Source of the DNA: Camelus dromedarius
Taxonomy: Eukaryota
NCBI RefSeq assembly: GCF_036321535.1
Contig: NC_087472.1
Location: forward strand, 91,390,001-91,454,000
Length of the DNA: 64,000 nt
Direction of reading: 5' to 3'
The notes below the pieces were generated by a model. That model worked only from the letters and a program-made list of their open reading frames with translations. It was not told where the DNA came from and did no database searches. Below, in pieces: positions 1 through 12,198 of this stretch (positions within the stretch are counted from its first letter, which is position 1; each line of letters begins with the position of its first letter). The position numbers were made by a program, and so were the translations under genes.

Positions 1-256
1 AAAGTCCTGAGGAATTTTCAGGAAACATTAAATTCTTTTTATGTTTTATGAATCTGTACCTTTTCAGCAACCACTTGTTACTTGGTAGAATATTCCTAGT
101 CCAAAGAATAAGTTATCCTATAGCAATTCAACGAGTTCTGCATCTTTTTACTCTTGATGAAGCATAATTGATCATTTACTGTATGACAGACTTTAGAACA
201 TGTAACACAACTATCAGACCCTGCTATGCCCATTTTGTCCTATTTTTCCTTTCCAG

Positions 257-439
257 CATCTATGAAAAATATGAAATAAATAATTTTGAGGCTATTCTTC
301 CTTGGGCAATTCATTCCAAAAATATATTGTTTGAAATGGACGTTTTGAGCTCTGGATCAATCAAAATTTTAGCAAATGCCACAATAAGAGTAGAATCCAA
401 AGGAAGTTCACCTACTTGGTTTTCTCCACAGAAGGAGAG
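257..439 (+). CDS. Candidate internal coding exon of an unidentified gene entering from upstream of the window (IYEKYEINNFEAILPWAIHSKNILFEMDVLSSGSIKILANATIRVESKGSSPTWFSPQKE)
   Basis: Strong acceptor cattttgtcctatttttcctttccAG at 231-256; 183 nt open frame (phase 2 to phase 2); donor AG|GTATAA at 440; non-repetitive; coincides with track ORF 168..449. Protein not recognised. Confidence 0.55.
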
Positions 440-1704
440 GTATAAGTGAACTTACTAAGGGCCCTTTGTTCAGAAAAAATTATCTCCATATGGCTTGCTG
501 GAGCTCACTTTGTGAAAAAGTGCTACTCAGACAAGGCTTGACTCTGGTTTGAATTCACCTCATCTTTCCACTTCCATCTCCTTTTTTTCCCTGCTCACTT
601 TTTTCAGAGCTTCTTCTTACCCCCTGCACCATGACCCTTGGACATCTAAGTCTAGCAGCTCTTACCCCACCTGCATGCACTGTTTATAGGCCACTCTCCC
701 CCAACCCTAGTAAAGCTAAGGTATTAATGGGCTGATGGATTACTTACCTAAAGAGATTTCACATTTTTAAAAGGGCTCCTGGACGAGAAAATGCCCTAGA
801 CCACAGCAGTGGTGCCTTCAATTGTAGATATTCAGGCACTGTACCAGACTAAAGGGAAAGAAAATTTCACATCCATCTCAGATCACAACACAGAGGCCCT
901 GGGACCAACACAGCTTTATGCTTTGACAGAGGTTGTGGGAGACTCAGTGTAATTTGAAGATGAGAGGCTATCCCAGACATTCCTAACGTAAGAGTTCACG
1001 TCATGGGTTTTCAAACTGTTCTTCAGTACCTGAAGATTTTGTGGAAGATCTTCAGAGATCACCAAGGTGATATGAGGGAGAGACCGAGAGAACAAGTGGG
1101 ACCGAGAGAACAAGTTGAAACAAGTGAACAAGGGAAGAGAGCAAGGCTCTTTCCTGCCCTCCACATGAACTAATAATTGTTGACTATTAATAATTATATT
1201 AATGTCATTTGACTAATAATAGGATAATAGTACCACTATCATTTTTTTTCATAATTTGGGTTTTAAATTAAGTTTATTTGAAGATCAAAGAGTTTTATTT
1301 CCAAAAAGGGATTTTTCAGCAACTGCTATTTAAGCTCACACACTCTGTGCCCAGGAATCCCCAGTTTAAAATGTAGATGTGTTTAGTAAAAACTTATTCA
1401 GCGGTCACTGTTTCAGGGTGTTAGTTATCAGATAGCTAAGCCTTGAAATGCAGCAGGTAGGGTTGAGGGAGAGAGTGGGCTACAGGGATGGAACATTTTG
1501 TGATGGAGACTGAAGAAATAGATAAGACAGAGCCATGACAGTGGGGATAATGAGAGGTGAGATTAAGGAGTGTCAAAGGCAAATATGCCTGCTTCATGAT
1601 TTTGCCTATGATGGGCCCTGCCAGTGATGCTAGACTTCAGCTTTTCAGAACTTAGAGATAGATCACCTGTCTTGTTTAATCAAACACATTTGATATTCTT
1701 TCAG

Positions 1705-1786
1705 TACCGAGTATATCAGAATGATAGCTCATGCCTTGCTTCACTACAAACACATACATCTCAAATTAATTTTTGAAAGATTATAA
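1705..1786 (+). CDS. Candidate last coding exon of the same gene ((S)TEYIRMIAHALLHYKHIHLKLIFERL*); exon continues as UTR to a donor at 1809/1810
   Basis: Acceptor tgatattctttcAG ending at 1704; the phase-2 frame required by exon 257-439 is the longest open frame here; TAA at 1784-1786; strong donor ACG|GTGAGT at 1810. Confidence 0.5.
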
Positions 1787-1814
1787 CGCAACGGGAGCCG
1801 ACTGACACGGTGAG

Positions 1815-2295
1815 TGGGATATGCTGAATCCTTGTTTCCTATTTTTCACCCTTTCCTGGATCCACACTCTTTGCCACATAACTTTGCGTGTCCTTTTATT
1901 GAAAGAGGGATATACTTCCGTGCTCCTTAACTCGGAGCCTGGCCACATGACTTATTTTGGTCAGTGGGATGTGGGTGGAAACAACATTGTACCAGTTCCG
2001 AGTTTAGGCCCCATGAGGCCCCCTGTGTTCTACTTACCCTTTGCACCTCTGTTACCATCATGAGAAGTCCCTGGTCCAGTGAGCCTGTTGATCCAAGGAG
2101 ATTGAGAGACGCCTGGAGCAGACCTGCATCCAACTTGCAGCTTGGAGTCATCTAGTTAAACCCAAATATGGCCAAATAAGATCAGCTGAGCTAGTCCAGC
2201 TAATGCACAGACATGTGAGAAATAGTGTTACAGAGTTGTTTGCCATTGAGATACTATGATTGCTTATTATGCAGCAATAGATGGCTGATAACATG
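1815..2295 (+). mobile_element. MaLR (MLT1-type) solo LTR, old
   Basis: MLT1-like motifs (ggccacatgacttattttggtcagtggga; ending gcttattatgcagcaatagatggctgataaca). Confidence 0.6.
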
Positions 2296-2299
2296 GACG

Positions 2300-2465
2300 A
2301 AAACTTGAGTTTTCAGTCAGACAGCTCAGAATTTGGGCAAAATCCCTAAAGACTCAGTATTCTCATCCATAAAAGGTACATAATTATAATAACATCACAG
2401 TACTATAGGCATCAAAAAAATAGTATATGCAAAATACTAGGCAGAATGTTTCACTATTAATATTA
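2300..2465 (+). mobile_element. MIR SINE fragment
   Basis: Degenerate MIR core (ttgggcaa...ctcagtattctcatccataaaa...) ending in ctattaatattatt. Confidence 0.55.
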
Positions 2466-3366
2466 TTGCACTTAAAGATACAATGATACTTTGAGACTCA
2501 GAAATGCAAAGAAGTGGGGGACATGCATGGATTTCAAGCTAGGGATTAGATATGGAAATATGGTGGTTTACAAAAAAGGGCATTTATTTTGAAACTTGGG
2601 GAAGATAAATACATTTTCTTTACTTTAATGACTGTTAAACTTCATAAATTTACTACTTGGGGAGATGAATAATACTTGAAATAGTTTTCTTTTAAAGGGA
2701 AATAAAAACATGACTTTACCAACATCACTTGTGTATAAAGTGCTATTAGTCACATGCTGTAGTTAGTAAGTTTGACTTGTTTGTGACCAAGAGTTCAGGT
2801 GAGTACATTTGAGATTTATTTTGTAATTTTCAACACGCCAATATAAAACAGCTTTTTTTTTTGGCCCCTCCATTGCCATCAGGTCAGAATAAATTGACTC
2901 TTGATGCAAAGTTGTAGCCAGGGGTTGAAATTTATGTGTGATTGATGGTCAAAGCAGTGACTAGCTGCAACCCACCCCCTCTTCTTATATATCACGTCCT
3001 GGACGGGGACCTGTTTTGTGTAAAATATTGAGATACTCACTGGTCTCTCTGCCCCTCACATGCCCTTGAAAGTGAAGAAAAACACTTGATTAAATTGGTT
3101 GTTAAAAAGAACAGAAGACAATTCCTAATGAATAAATATATTTTGTAAAATGTATTTCTACTTCTTGAGTCTTCGAGTATACCTGAATATATTATTTCCC
3201 AACCAATTAGTACGTCAATTGGTTCAGCCAGCTTTTAGCACCCACTTCAAGTTTTCTTGCAGGGATTTAGAATGGAAACTAAATCCCTGGAGTAGAGGTG
3301 CCCTCCTTCCTTACTGAGGCAGTACCCCTGTGTTGAACTTCCACTCGCACAGAGAGAAAGTTGGCA

Positions 3367-3530
3367 CCGGCGGAGGGTACAGCTCACCCAGTGGCAGAGT
3401 GTGTGCCTAGCGTGCACCAGGTCCTGGGTTCAATCCCCAGTATGTGCATTAAAAAAATAGAAACAAATAAACCTAATTACCTTCCCCACCCTCCCACCAA
3501 AAAAAAGTAGAAATTTATGAAAAAAAAAAA
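3367..3530 (+). mobile_element. tRNA-Ala-derived camelid SINE (Vic-1-type)
   Basis: Head ggagggtacagctca..agtggcagag (A box) and gggttcaatcccc (B box); tail aaataaacctaattaccttcccc plus poly(A); TSD aaagttggca (3357-3366) / aaagctggca (3531-3540). Confidence 0.85.
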
Positions 3531-3731
3531 AAAGCTGGCAGGGGAAGGGCAGCAGCCCAGCAAGCAGCTGTGAAAGGCTTTATGGTTGCAGTAAAACCAA
3601 AATGTAGCTAGACTTATGTCTGTTTTTTTTTCATTTTGGTGTTCTGCTAATTAAACAAGTAAAATTGCTTAGGACTCACTTTTTTCCCCTTTGAAACACA
3701 CGGACATGTGTACGCAGCATGGGTAGATCAC

Positions 3732-4700
3732 TGTATTCGTCTGGATTCCTCCGAAAGCTGTCCCTGAGGCAATGATTTGGATGCATGTCGTTTATTGGAT
3801 GGTGACCCCCGGAGGCATTGTGAGGAAGTTAGGAAAAGAAAGAAAAGGTACAATCATGAGCAAATTATTGCTGTGGGAAACCAGAGTTCGGTCCTGCTGG
3901 GACCCCCTGAGAAACCGTGTAGAACACAAGTCAGAATTGTGCCACTGATGGTTCAGAAAGCCCAGGTATTTATTCCTTTGTTCCCTGCCCTCTTGATTGA
4001 AAATAACTTACAAGGGTGTTAACTTCCAGGTATTTGAGCCTGTAGGCAGGACTCATTTCTGCAGCCAGAAGTGAATTTCAGTTTGTTTGTTTTTATTTAT
4101 TTTTTTAGATTCCACATATAAGTGATATCATATGGTATTTTTCTTTCTCTTTCTCGCTTACTTCACTTAGAATGACATTCTCCAGGTCCATTCATGTTGC
4201 TGCAAATGGCATTATTTTATTCTTTTTTATGGCCCAGTAGTATTCCATTGTATAAACACAACAAACTTATTTACAAAACAAAAACAGACTCACAGACATA
4301 GAAAACAAAGTTATGGTTACGGGGGGGGGGAAGGGGATGGGAAGGGATAAATTGGGAGTTCAAGATTTGCAGATACTAACTACTATACATAAAACAGATA
4401 AACAATAAGTTTATACTGTATAGCACAGGGAACTATATTCAATACCTTGTAACTTATGGTGAAAAAGAATATGAAAACGAATTTATGTATGTTCTTATAT
4501 GACTGAAGTATTGTGCTGTACACCAGAAATTGACATAACATTGTAAACTGACTATACTTCAATAAAAATATATTAAAAAAAGAAATACATCTTGGGCAGA
4601 GAGAAGGGATGTACTGTATAGCTGTCCACGCAAGCTGCAGGGGACTGCTGATATTAGCATAAGGAACACGGGTGAAATTGCCAAGAGCATCCACTACGGG
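3732..4700 (-). mobile_element. ERVL (LTR16-like) solo LTR split by the L1 at 4081-4585
   Basis: LTR16-like start tgtattcgtctggattcctccgaaagc...ccctgaggcaatgatttggatgca; similar sequence resumes after the L1 up to agcatccactac. Confidence 0.55.
4081..4585 (+). mobile_element. 5'-truncated L1 with 5' inversion (4081-~4256 inverted; ~4257-4585 forward 3' UTR plus A-tail)
   Basis: End of ORF2 on the - strand abuts the immediately following 3'-UTR sequence on the + strand; aataaa and A-rich tail at 4561-4581. Confidence 0.85.
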
Positions 4701-5555
4701 CACTAAAGGGAAACACTCATTCCCTCTATTTTTATTTAAAGTTGAAAAGAAACAAATCAGAGTTTTTCATGCTACATAAATTTTAAAATGTAAAATATTT
4801 TTGTTTTAAACAATGAATTTAAAGAAGGAAATCTTTGCAGTATCCTGGTCTATTTCCCCAAGGAGTTTTTAATTGTCTAATTTAAACTCTTTTGTCCCTA
4901 TTGGTATGAGAAATACAGTTATAAGGCAGAAACCCAGAATTTTTTTCTCACAGCCAAAAGTCAAAATGAAAAAAGTTCATTGTATTCTCAAGAAGAAAGA
5001 TTTTTTTCCTTTTACTCATTAAAAAAACTTTCTGGTGTACAACACAATGTTCCAGTCATGCATATAAATACATATATTCATTTTATTATTTTTAAAAGAA
5101 GATTTAATAAGGTTTGTTGTTTATTTTTGTCTCTCTCCCCCTCAGTTTACTTGCCTTTCCTGCCTTAACTTTTCCTAACTTTAGAGGTTTTGTTGCTCAT
5201 TCTTACCACAAGATGTCACTATTTTACCAGTCTTATATCTAAATACGCTCTCTGCAACCATTTAAAACTATCCACTCTGCTGATGTTTCAATAGTTCATT
5301 GAAACACATCCACTGAAATTCTCAAAATCTTTCTGGTGCAGAAAGTTAGAACATTTCAATTGAATAAAGATCAAATCACAACATCTGGTCATCTCCCACA
5401 GAATCTAGACCCTTCCCGGGATTTTGAAATAATCACCCCCCTCACCGCCCGCTACTGCAATACATATTAGGCAGATACGATTATCACGGTGAAATAAAAC
5501 ATTTTTGTTTTTCATTATTTGCTTCATTCTATGCTTTTAACATTTATGAAGCCAT

Positions 5556-5878
5556 TTTTATTTTTTAAATACCTTTATTGTGATGTGGTTCCTGTACAGT
5601 AAACTACACATATTTCAGATGCACAATTTGATGAATTTTGATAGATGTATACACCAATGAAACCACCACCACAATCAAGATAGCTAACATTTCCATCACT
5701 CTCCAAGAGGTGCAATTTTTGAACTCCCAATTTATCCCTTCCCACCCTCTTCCCCCCTGGAAACCATAAGTTTGTTCTCTATGTCTGTGAGTTTTTGTTT
5801 TAAAGTTCATTTGTGTGCTTTTCTTTACAGTCCACATATATGTGATATCATATGGCATTTTTCTTTCTTTCTGGCTTA
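5556..5878 (-). mobile_element. 5'-truncated chimeric L1 3' end (young L1 3' UTR plus L1ME/MB-like tail)
   Basis: TSD tatgaagccat at 5545-5555 and 5879-5889; T-tract at left end; junction near 5710. Confidence 0.85.
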
Positions 5879-6614
5879 TATGAAGCCATCTTTTAATTCA
5901 GGACTTCTCAAATATTACAGAATACAACCCCAAATGATGGGTTTCTAGAAAATTCCTTTAGAATTTCAATTTAGCTAGCAAAAGGGGAATTCTTTCTTAT
6001 CAGCCTAGATGAGGAGTACATCACATGTTCATTACATAGAAGTTTCATCGAATTACTAAACCTTCAGGCAGAGGCTGGATTCCATCACAAATGAGCAATG
6101 ACTTCATTGGGGGGAAACTCTTAGGTTTATAATCCATCTACATGAACTTTTCATGCAGAATCCATTCTTGATAGCTGTTTTATAACTATATTCCTCATAG
6201 CTATACAGACACAGGAGTTTAATTTGGAGTATAAAAGCCCCCTTATGGAAACAGACCAGTGCCTCACAAACATTTGAACCTCCTGGTTTAGAACAAATAC
6301 TTTCCCTTTGAAATGCATGTAACGTGGGACACTGATTTGCTTCCTTTTATTTTTGAACAGAGGGAAAAAAACTTTTGGGATAAGACATAGTGAAATGTGC
6401 CTTGATGGTTCAGATAAGCCAGTATGATTGAGAAGAAAGGTCTGTGGGCTTCCAGCCACACCTGGACGCCATGCTTCTCTCTGCTGCTCTCTAGCTATGT
6501 ACATTTGCCTAGTTATTTTTTTTTAACCAGTCTTTGGGTCTTGTTTTCTTCATTTGATAAGTGTGTATGTGTGTTTAGTAATAATCTTTCCAGAGTAGTT
6601 TTGAAATTAGAAAT

Positions 6615-7088
6615 TGTATTAGTATCCTATTGTTGTAATAAATTACCATAAATGTAGTGGCTTAAAACAACACAAATTTATTATCTTACAGTTTTGGAAG
6701 CCAGAAGTCCAAAATTGTATTTTCTGGGCTAAGGTCAGAGGGCTGGCAGGCTTGGTTCTTTCTGGAGGTTTGAGGGGAGAACCTGTTCCTTGCCTCTTTC
6801 AGCTTCTAGACATGTGCCAGAATTCATCGCTTTCTGTGGTTCATGGATTCTTTCTCCATTTTTGAAGCCCACAGCACAGAATCTTCAAAGCTCTCTCTGA
6901 TTAAATTTTCACACTGCCTTCTCACAAGGACTCTGGAATTCATTGGACCCATCCAGATAATCCAGGATAATCTCCCCATCTCAGGATCCTAAATTTAATC
7001 AAATCTGCAATGTCACCTTTGCCATAAAAGTAGCATTCACACGTTCCAGGGATTAGGACCTGAGGGAGCCATTATTCAGCTGACCACA
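6615..7088 (-). mobile_element. MaLR MLT1 solo LTR
   Basis: tgtattagt...aattaccataaatgtagtggcttaaaacaacacaaatttattatcttacagtt...attcagctgaccaca; TG...CA ends. Confidence 0.8.
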
Positions 7089-8589
7089 TAAATGTTGTAT
7101 GTAAAGGCTCCACCACTGACTAGGTGCTCTAGAAATAGAACTGTTTATTGTCATTGGACATGAAATGTTAATTTAGCAGTGTGGTGCCTTGTCAGTCAAT
7201 GACTTAAAGATAAAATGACATTTCTTTCCCCACATTCTGGGCATAGGGAAAGGACACAGGCATTTATTTTTCAATATCTACTCAGGTTAAGAGGTCAATT
7301 TATAAGAAAAATAAAGCCATTTAAGGCAGTCTTCAAATACAGCGTATAGAATAAGTTGTGTATTTCCTCTGTTGAATCAGATCATTTTCATTTTCATTTT
7401 GCTATTACAATAGAAGGAAGTCAGTGTATTTTTACAGATCAACATCTAATTTACTGGTCAGCAAAAATATAGTCTTTATGTGGCTTTTTTAAAACTAGTT
7501 TCTCTTGTTCTTCAAATCAGGCTGAAAAAATGCTATGCAGGGCAATGGATGTCTATGACATGATTTTGTAAGGAAAAATAGTCTGTGCATCTATGGAGGA
7601 AAAATTAGATCATGATATAAAGCTTTAATCTCATTATTTTCATTTCATATTTGTCATATCTTGTTGACAGTTTCTGTGTTATCTAATCTTAAACATACTT
7701 GAAGCTATTATTTAAAAAAATAAAGGACAACATTTTGTCAGCACTCCAACTTATGTGGAATAATTATATTGAAGAGACTATCATTTAAATACTTTACTTT
7801 TGTACTGAGTTTAAATTACATTTCATCAATATGTAATTAATTGAAGTAGAGACACCTGCAACTAATGTCATCAAATTAAGTGTATAAGTATAATGTACAC
7901 TTAAGTGAAGTGGCCTGTCTTCCTACACTCACATATTGTACATTTAAGATGGCAGAAGAATTCAATACTGCTCGATTAAGAACAAGTCATTTAATGGATT
8001 GCAGCCTTTGGGAGACACAGGCAACAAAATTTATTCCAGGTGGGTGAGCATGGCCTATTCCTATCTCTTGAATGCCGGCTGCATGTGAATTTGCCATCCA
8101 CACAGTTCATATTAACTGTGTTTAATAATAACTAGTTGCTCAAACTTCCTAGACCAGCAGTTTTTAATACAGAATTCAGATAAAATGGGATTCAGTGACG
8201 ACCCATGAATCCCGATTGTGTAAGAAACTGTGTGTGTGCATACACACTTTTTTTGCACTGTGGCTGAACCTACCAATGGATAGACAATACCCTTTCTCCC
8301 TGTTTTTGTTACTATAAATACAGATTTTATTCTGTCTGGAATGTGCTTGGCCAAACAGTGCATGTGTCAATTTTCTCACTTCTCTTCTAACTAGGATTGT
8401 CCAATGAGCATTAAGTGCAAGATCTTGATGCGACTTTAAGTCTCCTTAAGAATGATCAGACAGCAGGCATGTGTTCTTTGTCCTTTTACCTTTCCATCTG
8501 TCTTCATTTTCACTACCTGGAATGCAGACGTGATGGTCGGAACTCCAGCAGTCATCTTGGGATTTTTAAAATATCAAGTAATTACATTA

Positions 8590-8920
8590 TTTTTAATATT
8601 TTTATACTGAGGTAAAATTTATGTACAATGAAACATTCAGATCTTAAGTATACTGTTCAGTAAGTTTAGGCAAATGCATATCAAGAACCGTAATATTTCC
8701 ATCACCCCAGAAAGAACCCTCATGCCCTTTCTCAGTCTATTCCCACACCCTACTAAGAAGCAACGGCTATTTTCTGAATTCTATTTCCATAGGTTAATTT
8801 TTATCCATTTAGAATTTCATGTAGAGGGATCATGGTTGGTATGTACTCTTTTTTTTTTTGCATCTGGCTTCTTACACTTAGCATATTTTTGACATCCATT
8901 CATATTGCTGCATGTATCAG
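8590..8920 (-). mobile_element. Old L1 (L1MB/ME-type) 3' end
   Basis: tttatactgaggtaaaatttatgtacaatgaa...atttccatcaccccagaaagaaccctcatgccc. Confidence 0.7.
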
Positions 8921-8924
8921 TAGT

Positions 8925-9135
8925 TGTCTTAGTCAGTTGAGCTGCTATAACAAAAATACCACAGACTAGGTGGCTTAAACAATGAATATTTCTTTCTCAC
9001 ATATCTGGAGGCTAGGAAGTCCAGTCCAAGATGAAGTTGCCAGCAGATTTGGCATCTGGTGAGAACCCTCTTCCTAGTTTGCAGACGGCTACCTTCTTGC
9101 TGTATCTTCACATGGCCAAGAGAGAACGTCTCTCT
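8925..9135 (-). mobile_element. MaLR MLT1A-like LTR fragment
   Basis: tgtcttagtcagttgagctgctataacaaaaataccacagactaggtggcttaaacaa. Confidence 0.75.
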
Positions 9136-9139
9136 TATG

Positions 9140-9218
9140 CAACAGAGATCAATAGAGCCTGCCAAGTTGAAAGTATTTACTATCTGGCCCTTTACAGAAA
9201 ATAATTGTCAACCTTTGT
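9140..9218 (+). mobile_element. hAT-Charlie MER58-like end
   Basis: gcaacagaga...aaagtatttactatctggccctttacagaaaa...caacctttg. Confidence 0.65.
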
Positions 9219-10087
9219 ACCACTACAACATGGGAGAAGGGGGCCGCAATGAAGTGCTGAGTACTGGATCAATATGGGAGAGAGGTAAGAATTCTGGAGG
9301 CTGCATCCACTGGTTCCAAACCCAAGGAAGAACATTTATAGGTTCTGGTTCAGTAGCAAATTATTTGAAGATATATCAAATGATGTGGCCCGGCTATAAG
9401 CAGTTATTGAGCTTCTTTTCCTTTTTCTTCTTTCTTTTTGCTACTATAATTGGCTGTATGCAATAATTTAGATTGATATAGTTCTTACTTCCCTAAGCTA
9501 GATGATATTAATGTGAAGAACGTGAGAAATCACATGATCAACAGAATAAGAATGCTAAACAGCTAGTATTGAGATACCTTTGCAGAGCATCCTAATCCCT
9601 TCACTCTGACTTCATGTTAACTAAGCAATTAAAAAATCAATTTCTTGAACTCATTCATGGATTAAAGAGCAAACACAAATGTATGCTCCTTGACCAACTA
9701 CAGCTCCCTCTGTGAAATAAAATCATTGACTTCCTGATTCAGATTGGTTTCATGTGACCTTGGAGGTGTGAGCCTGTTTTCTTTGGGCCTAAAGAAATAA
9801 GGTAAACAGTAAATACTGAAATCTAAGGAAAGCCCTAATGGTTAGCAAAAAGACTATAGCTCTGGGGCCAAATGGGATAGTTTACTGTTTTTGCAATGTT
9901 TACTAGTTTTGTGACTTGGAGAAAGAGATTTCACCTCTCTATGCCTCCCAATGTGGTTTGTTCTTTTAAATGAAATAGTACACTGAAGCCCTTAACCTAA
10001 AGCCAGAATAGAATAAGCACTTTATAAACAAAGTTCCCTTCTTTATCTTCTATGTGTAGCATTGAGAGATCAGACTTTGAACAACAC

Positions 10088-10472
10088 TGCTACGGGCTGA
10101 AGTGTCTCACCCCCAAATTCATACACTGGAATCCTTACCCCTAGTGTAATGATACTTATATCTGGGGTCTTTGAGAGGTAATTAGGTTTAGATGAAGTCA
10201 TGAGGGTGGGGCCCTCATGATGGGATTAGTGCCCTTACAAGAAGAAACACTAGAGAGCTTGTACTTTCTCAGCAAGCACACAAAGAAGAGGTCATGTGAG
10301 CACACAGTGAGACAGCTGCCACCTACAAGTGAAGAGAAGAGATCTCAGAATGAAACCTACCTTGCCAACACCTTGACCTTGGACTCCCCAATCTCCAGAA
10401 CTGTGAGAAAAATAATGTCTGTTGTTTAAAACACCCAGTCCATGGTTTGTAATGGCAGCCCAAGCTAAGACA
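10088..10472 (+). mobile_element. MaLR (MLT1A/MST-type) solo LTR
   Basis: tgctacgggctgaagtgtc..cccccaaattcata...tctccagaactgtgagaaaaataa...gcccaagctaagaca. Confidence 0.8.
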
Positions 10473-10824
10473 AACTAACCCAGTTTTGAAAAACTCTCCC
10501 AATTCCCACTTGTGCCCACTCTTAAGGGTTTTATGGTAGATGTGGTAATTTAAGGAGCAATTTCAATAATTTGTACTTTTATATTGTCTGAAAGAGGGAA
10601 CACTCACCAGCTATTCATTTTCTTGTCATTCTCTACTGATTCACTGTTTCCTTTATCTTTTGAGCTATTTTAAGCCATTAAGAGATGTTTTAAATTCCAA
10701 AGAGTTGAGCTGGGCCTGCTACCTGTGGGTAGTAAGCCTCAAACTGCATTTTATTGGAAGTCCAACTAAAGATGAGAGTGGTGTTTGGGCTAAGGATATA
10801 ATGGATTGAGAGGGTTATGCGGGC

Positions 10825-11155
10825 TTTTTAAAAAATAGACTTTATTTTTAGAGCAATTTAAGTTCACAGCAGTACTGAGCACAAGAGATTTTCCATATAC
10901 TTTTTGCCGCTGCAGATGCCCAGCCTCCTCTATTATCAACATCTTGCACTGCACTGCTACATTTGTTATAACTGATGAATCTACACTGACACATCATTAT
11001 CACCCAAAGTCCAGAGTTTACATTAAGGTTCCCGCTTGGGGATGTACCTTCTATGAATCTGGACAAATGGATTATGACATGCATCCACCATTATATCACA
11101 CAGAGTAGTTATACTACCCTAAAAACCATCTGTGCTCTGCCTCTTCATCCCTCTG
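10825..11155 (-). mobile_element. L1MC1/2-type 3' end
   Basis: aatagactttattttagagcaatttaagttcacagca...acacatcattatcacccaaagtccagagtttacattaagg. Confidence 0.75.
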
Positions 11156-12198
11156 GGACCTGGTTTTTGGGAAGTTTACAGATTCTGATTCAGAAACAGA
11201 ATGACAAAATGTCTGATTCAAAAACTCAAAGCCCCTGGTAAAATGTACTGTTGTTTTTCCAATAAATACCATCTTGGTCAGTAGCCAGGTCAAGGCATTT
11301 CAGGTATACTTGTTTGAATATGGGCTTTTGAAATTTCAACAGTGTTAGCTGTGAATATTTCTACTTTTGCCATTTAGTGTTTACATTCAATAAAAAAGTT
11401 TCATTTAGATCTTTTTGCTCCTTTCCCACCTTTTAATTGAATCAGGGGCTAGACCTAACACTGATGCCTGGTCATGATAGAAGGTGACTGAGATAAGCCT
11501 AAAACTTGCCCACAAAACCCTGATTATTTACAGTCAGTGAGTTATGTGGAAACATGTTTTTCCTTCATATCTAAATAATCCACACAAATTATATAGAAGT
11601 TTATTCTTGCATTTAAAAAGTTCTATGAGGTACGGGAGGGTTATATGTTAGAATGTGGTTTCTCCATTTCGCCCCTATTGTGTACCAAAACAAAATTTTA
11701 AATATTTATTTGCTTCTTTAATATAGTGTGTAAAATGTAGTAACACACAGTGGAGGAAAAGGCTGTAAACACTGTCAGTCTCCAGAACTGAAAGTTTCTC
11801 TGAAAAATTTGGGAAATTGATCATAACTCCACTCACTGATTGTAAACTCCACAAAGGCAAGGATTTTGCCCTGTTCTCCTGTTTATGGATCTATCCCAGT
11901 GTCTGGAGCAGTGCTTGCAGAGTGGCTACTCAGTAAGTACTTGTAAATGAAGGAAGAGATAATGAAACAAAGCGTATGCATTTGTTTGGAAAGAGACATT
12001 TTTTCCTAACATTAAGTACTAGAAAAAGTTTTAGGTTTTTTTTTTCTCAAGAAATTAAATGTACAAATTAATGCCTTTCATACAGCAAGAAGCTTCCTTT
12101 TGGCCATTTGTCATATAAGCTCTTGCATGACAATAATCCAAGAAAGGATACAACATTAAAATATTTTAATGCATTAAACATAAATCTAGGAAAATGAG

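Noticed and set aside
3367..3445. tRNA-like sequence as a functional tRNA-Ala gene
   Set aside because: Stems are disrupted, and it is followed by a SINE tail, poly(A) and TSD.
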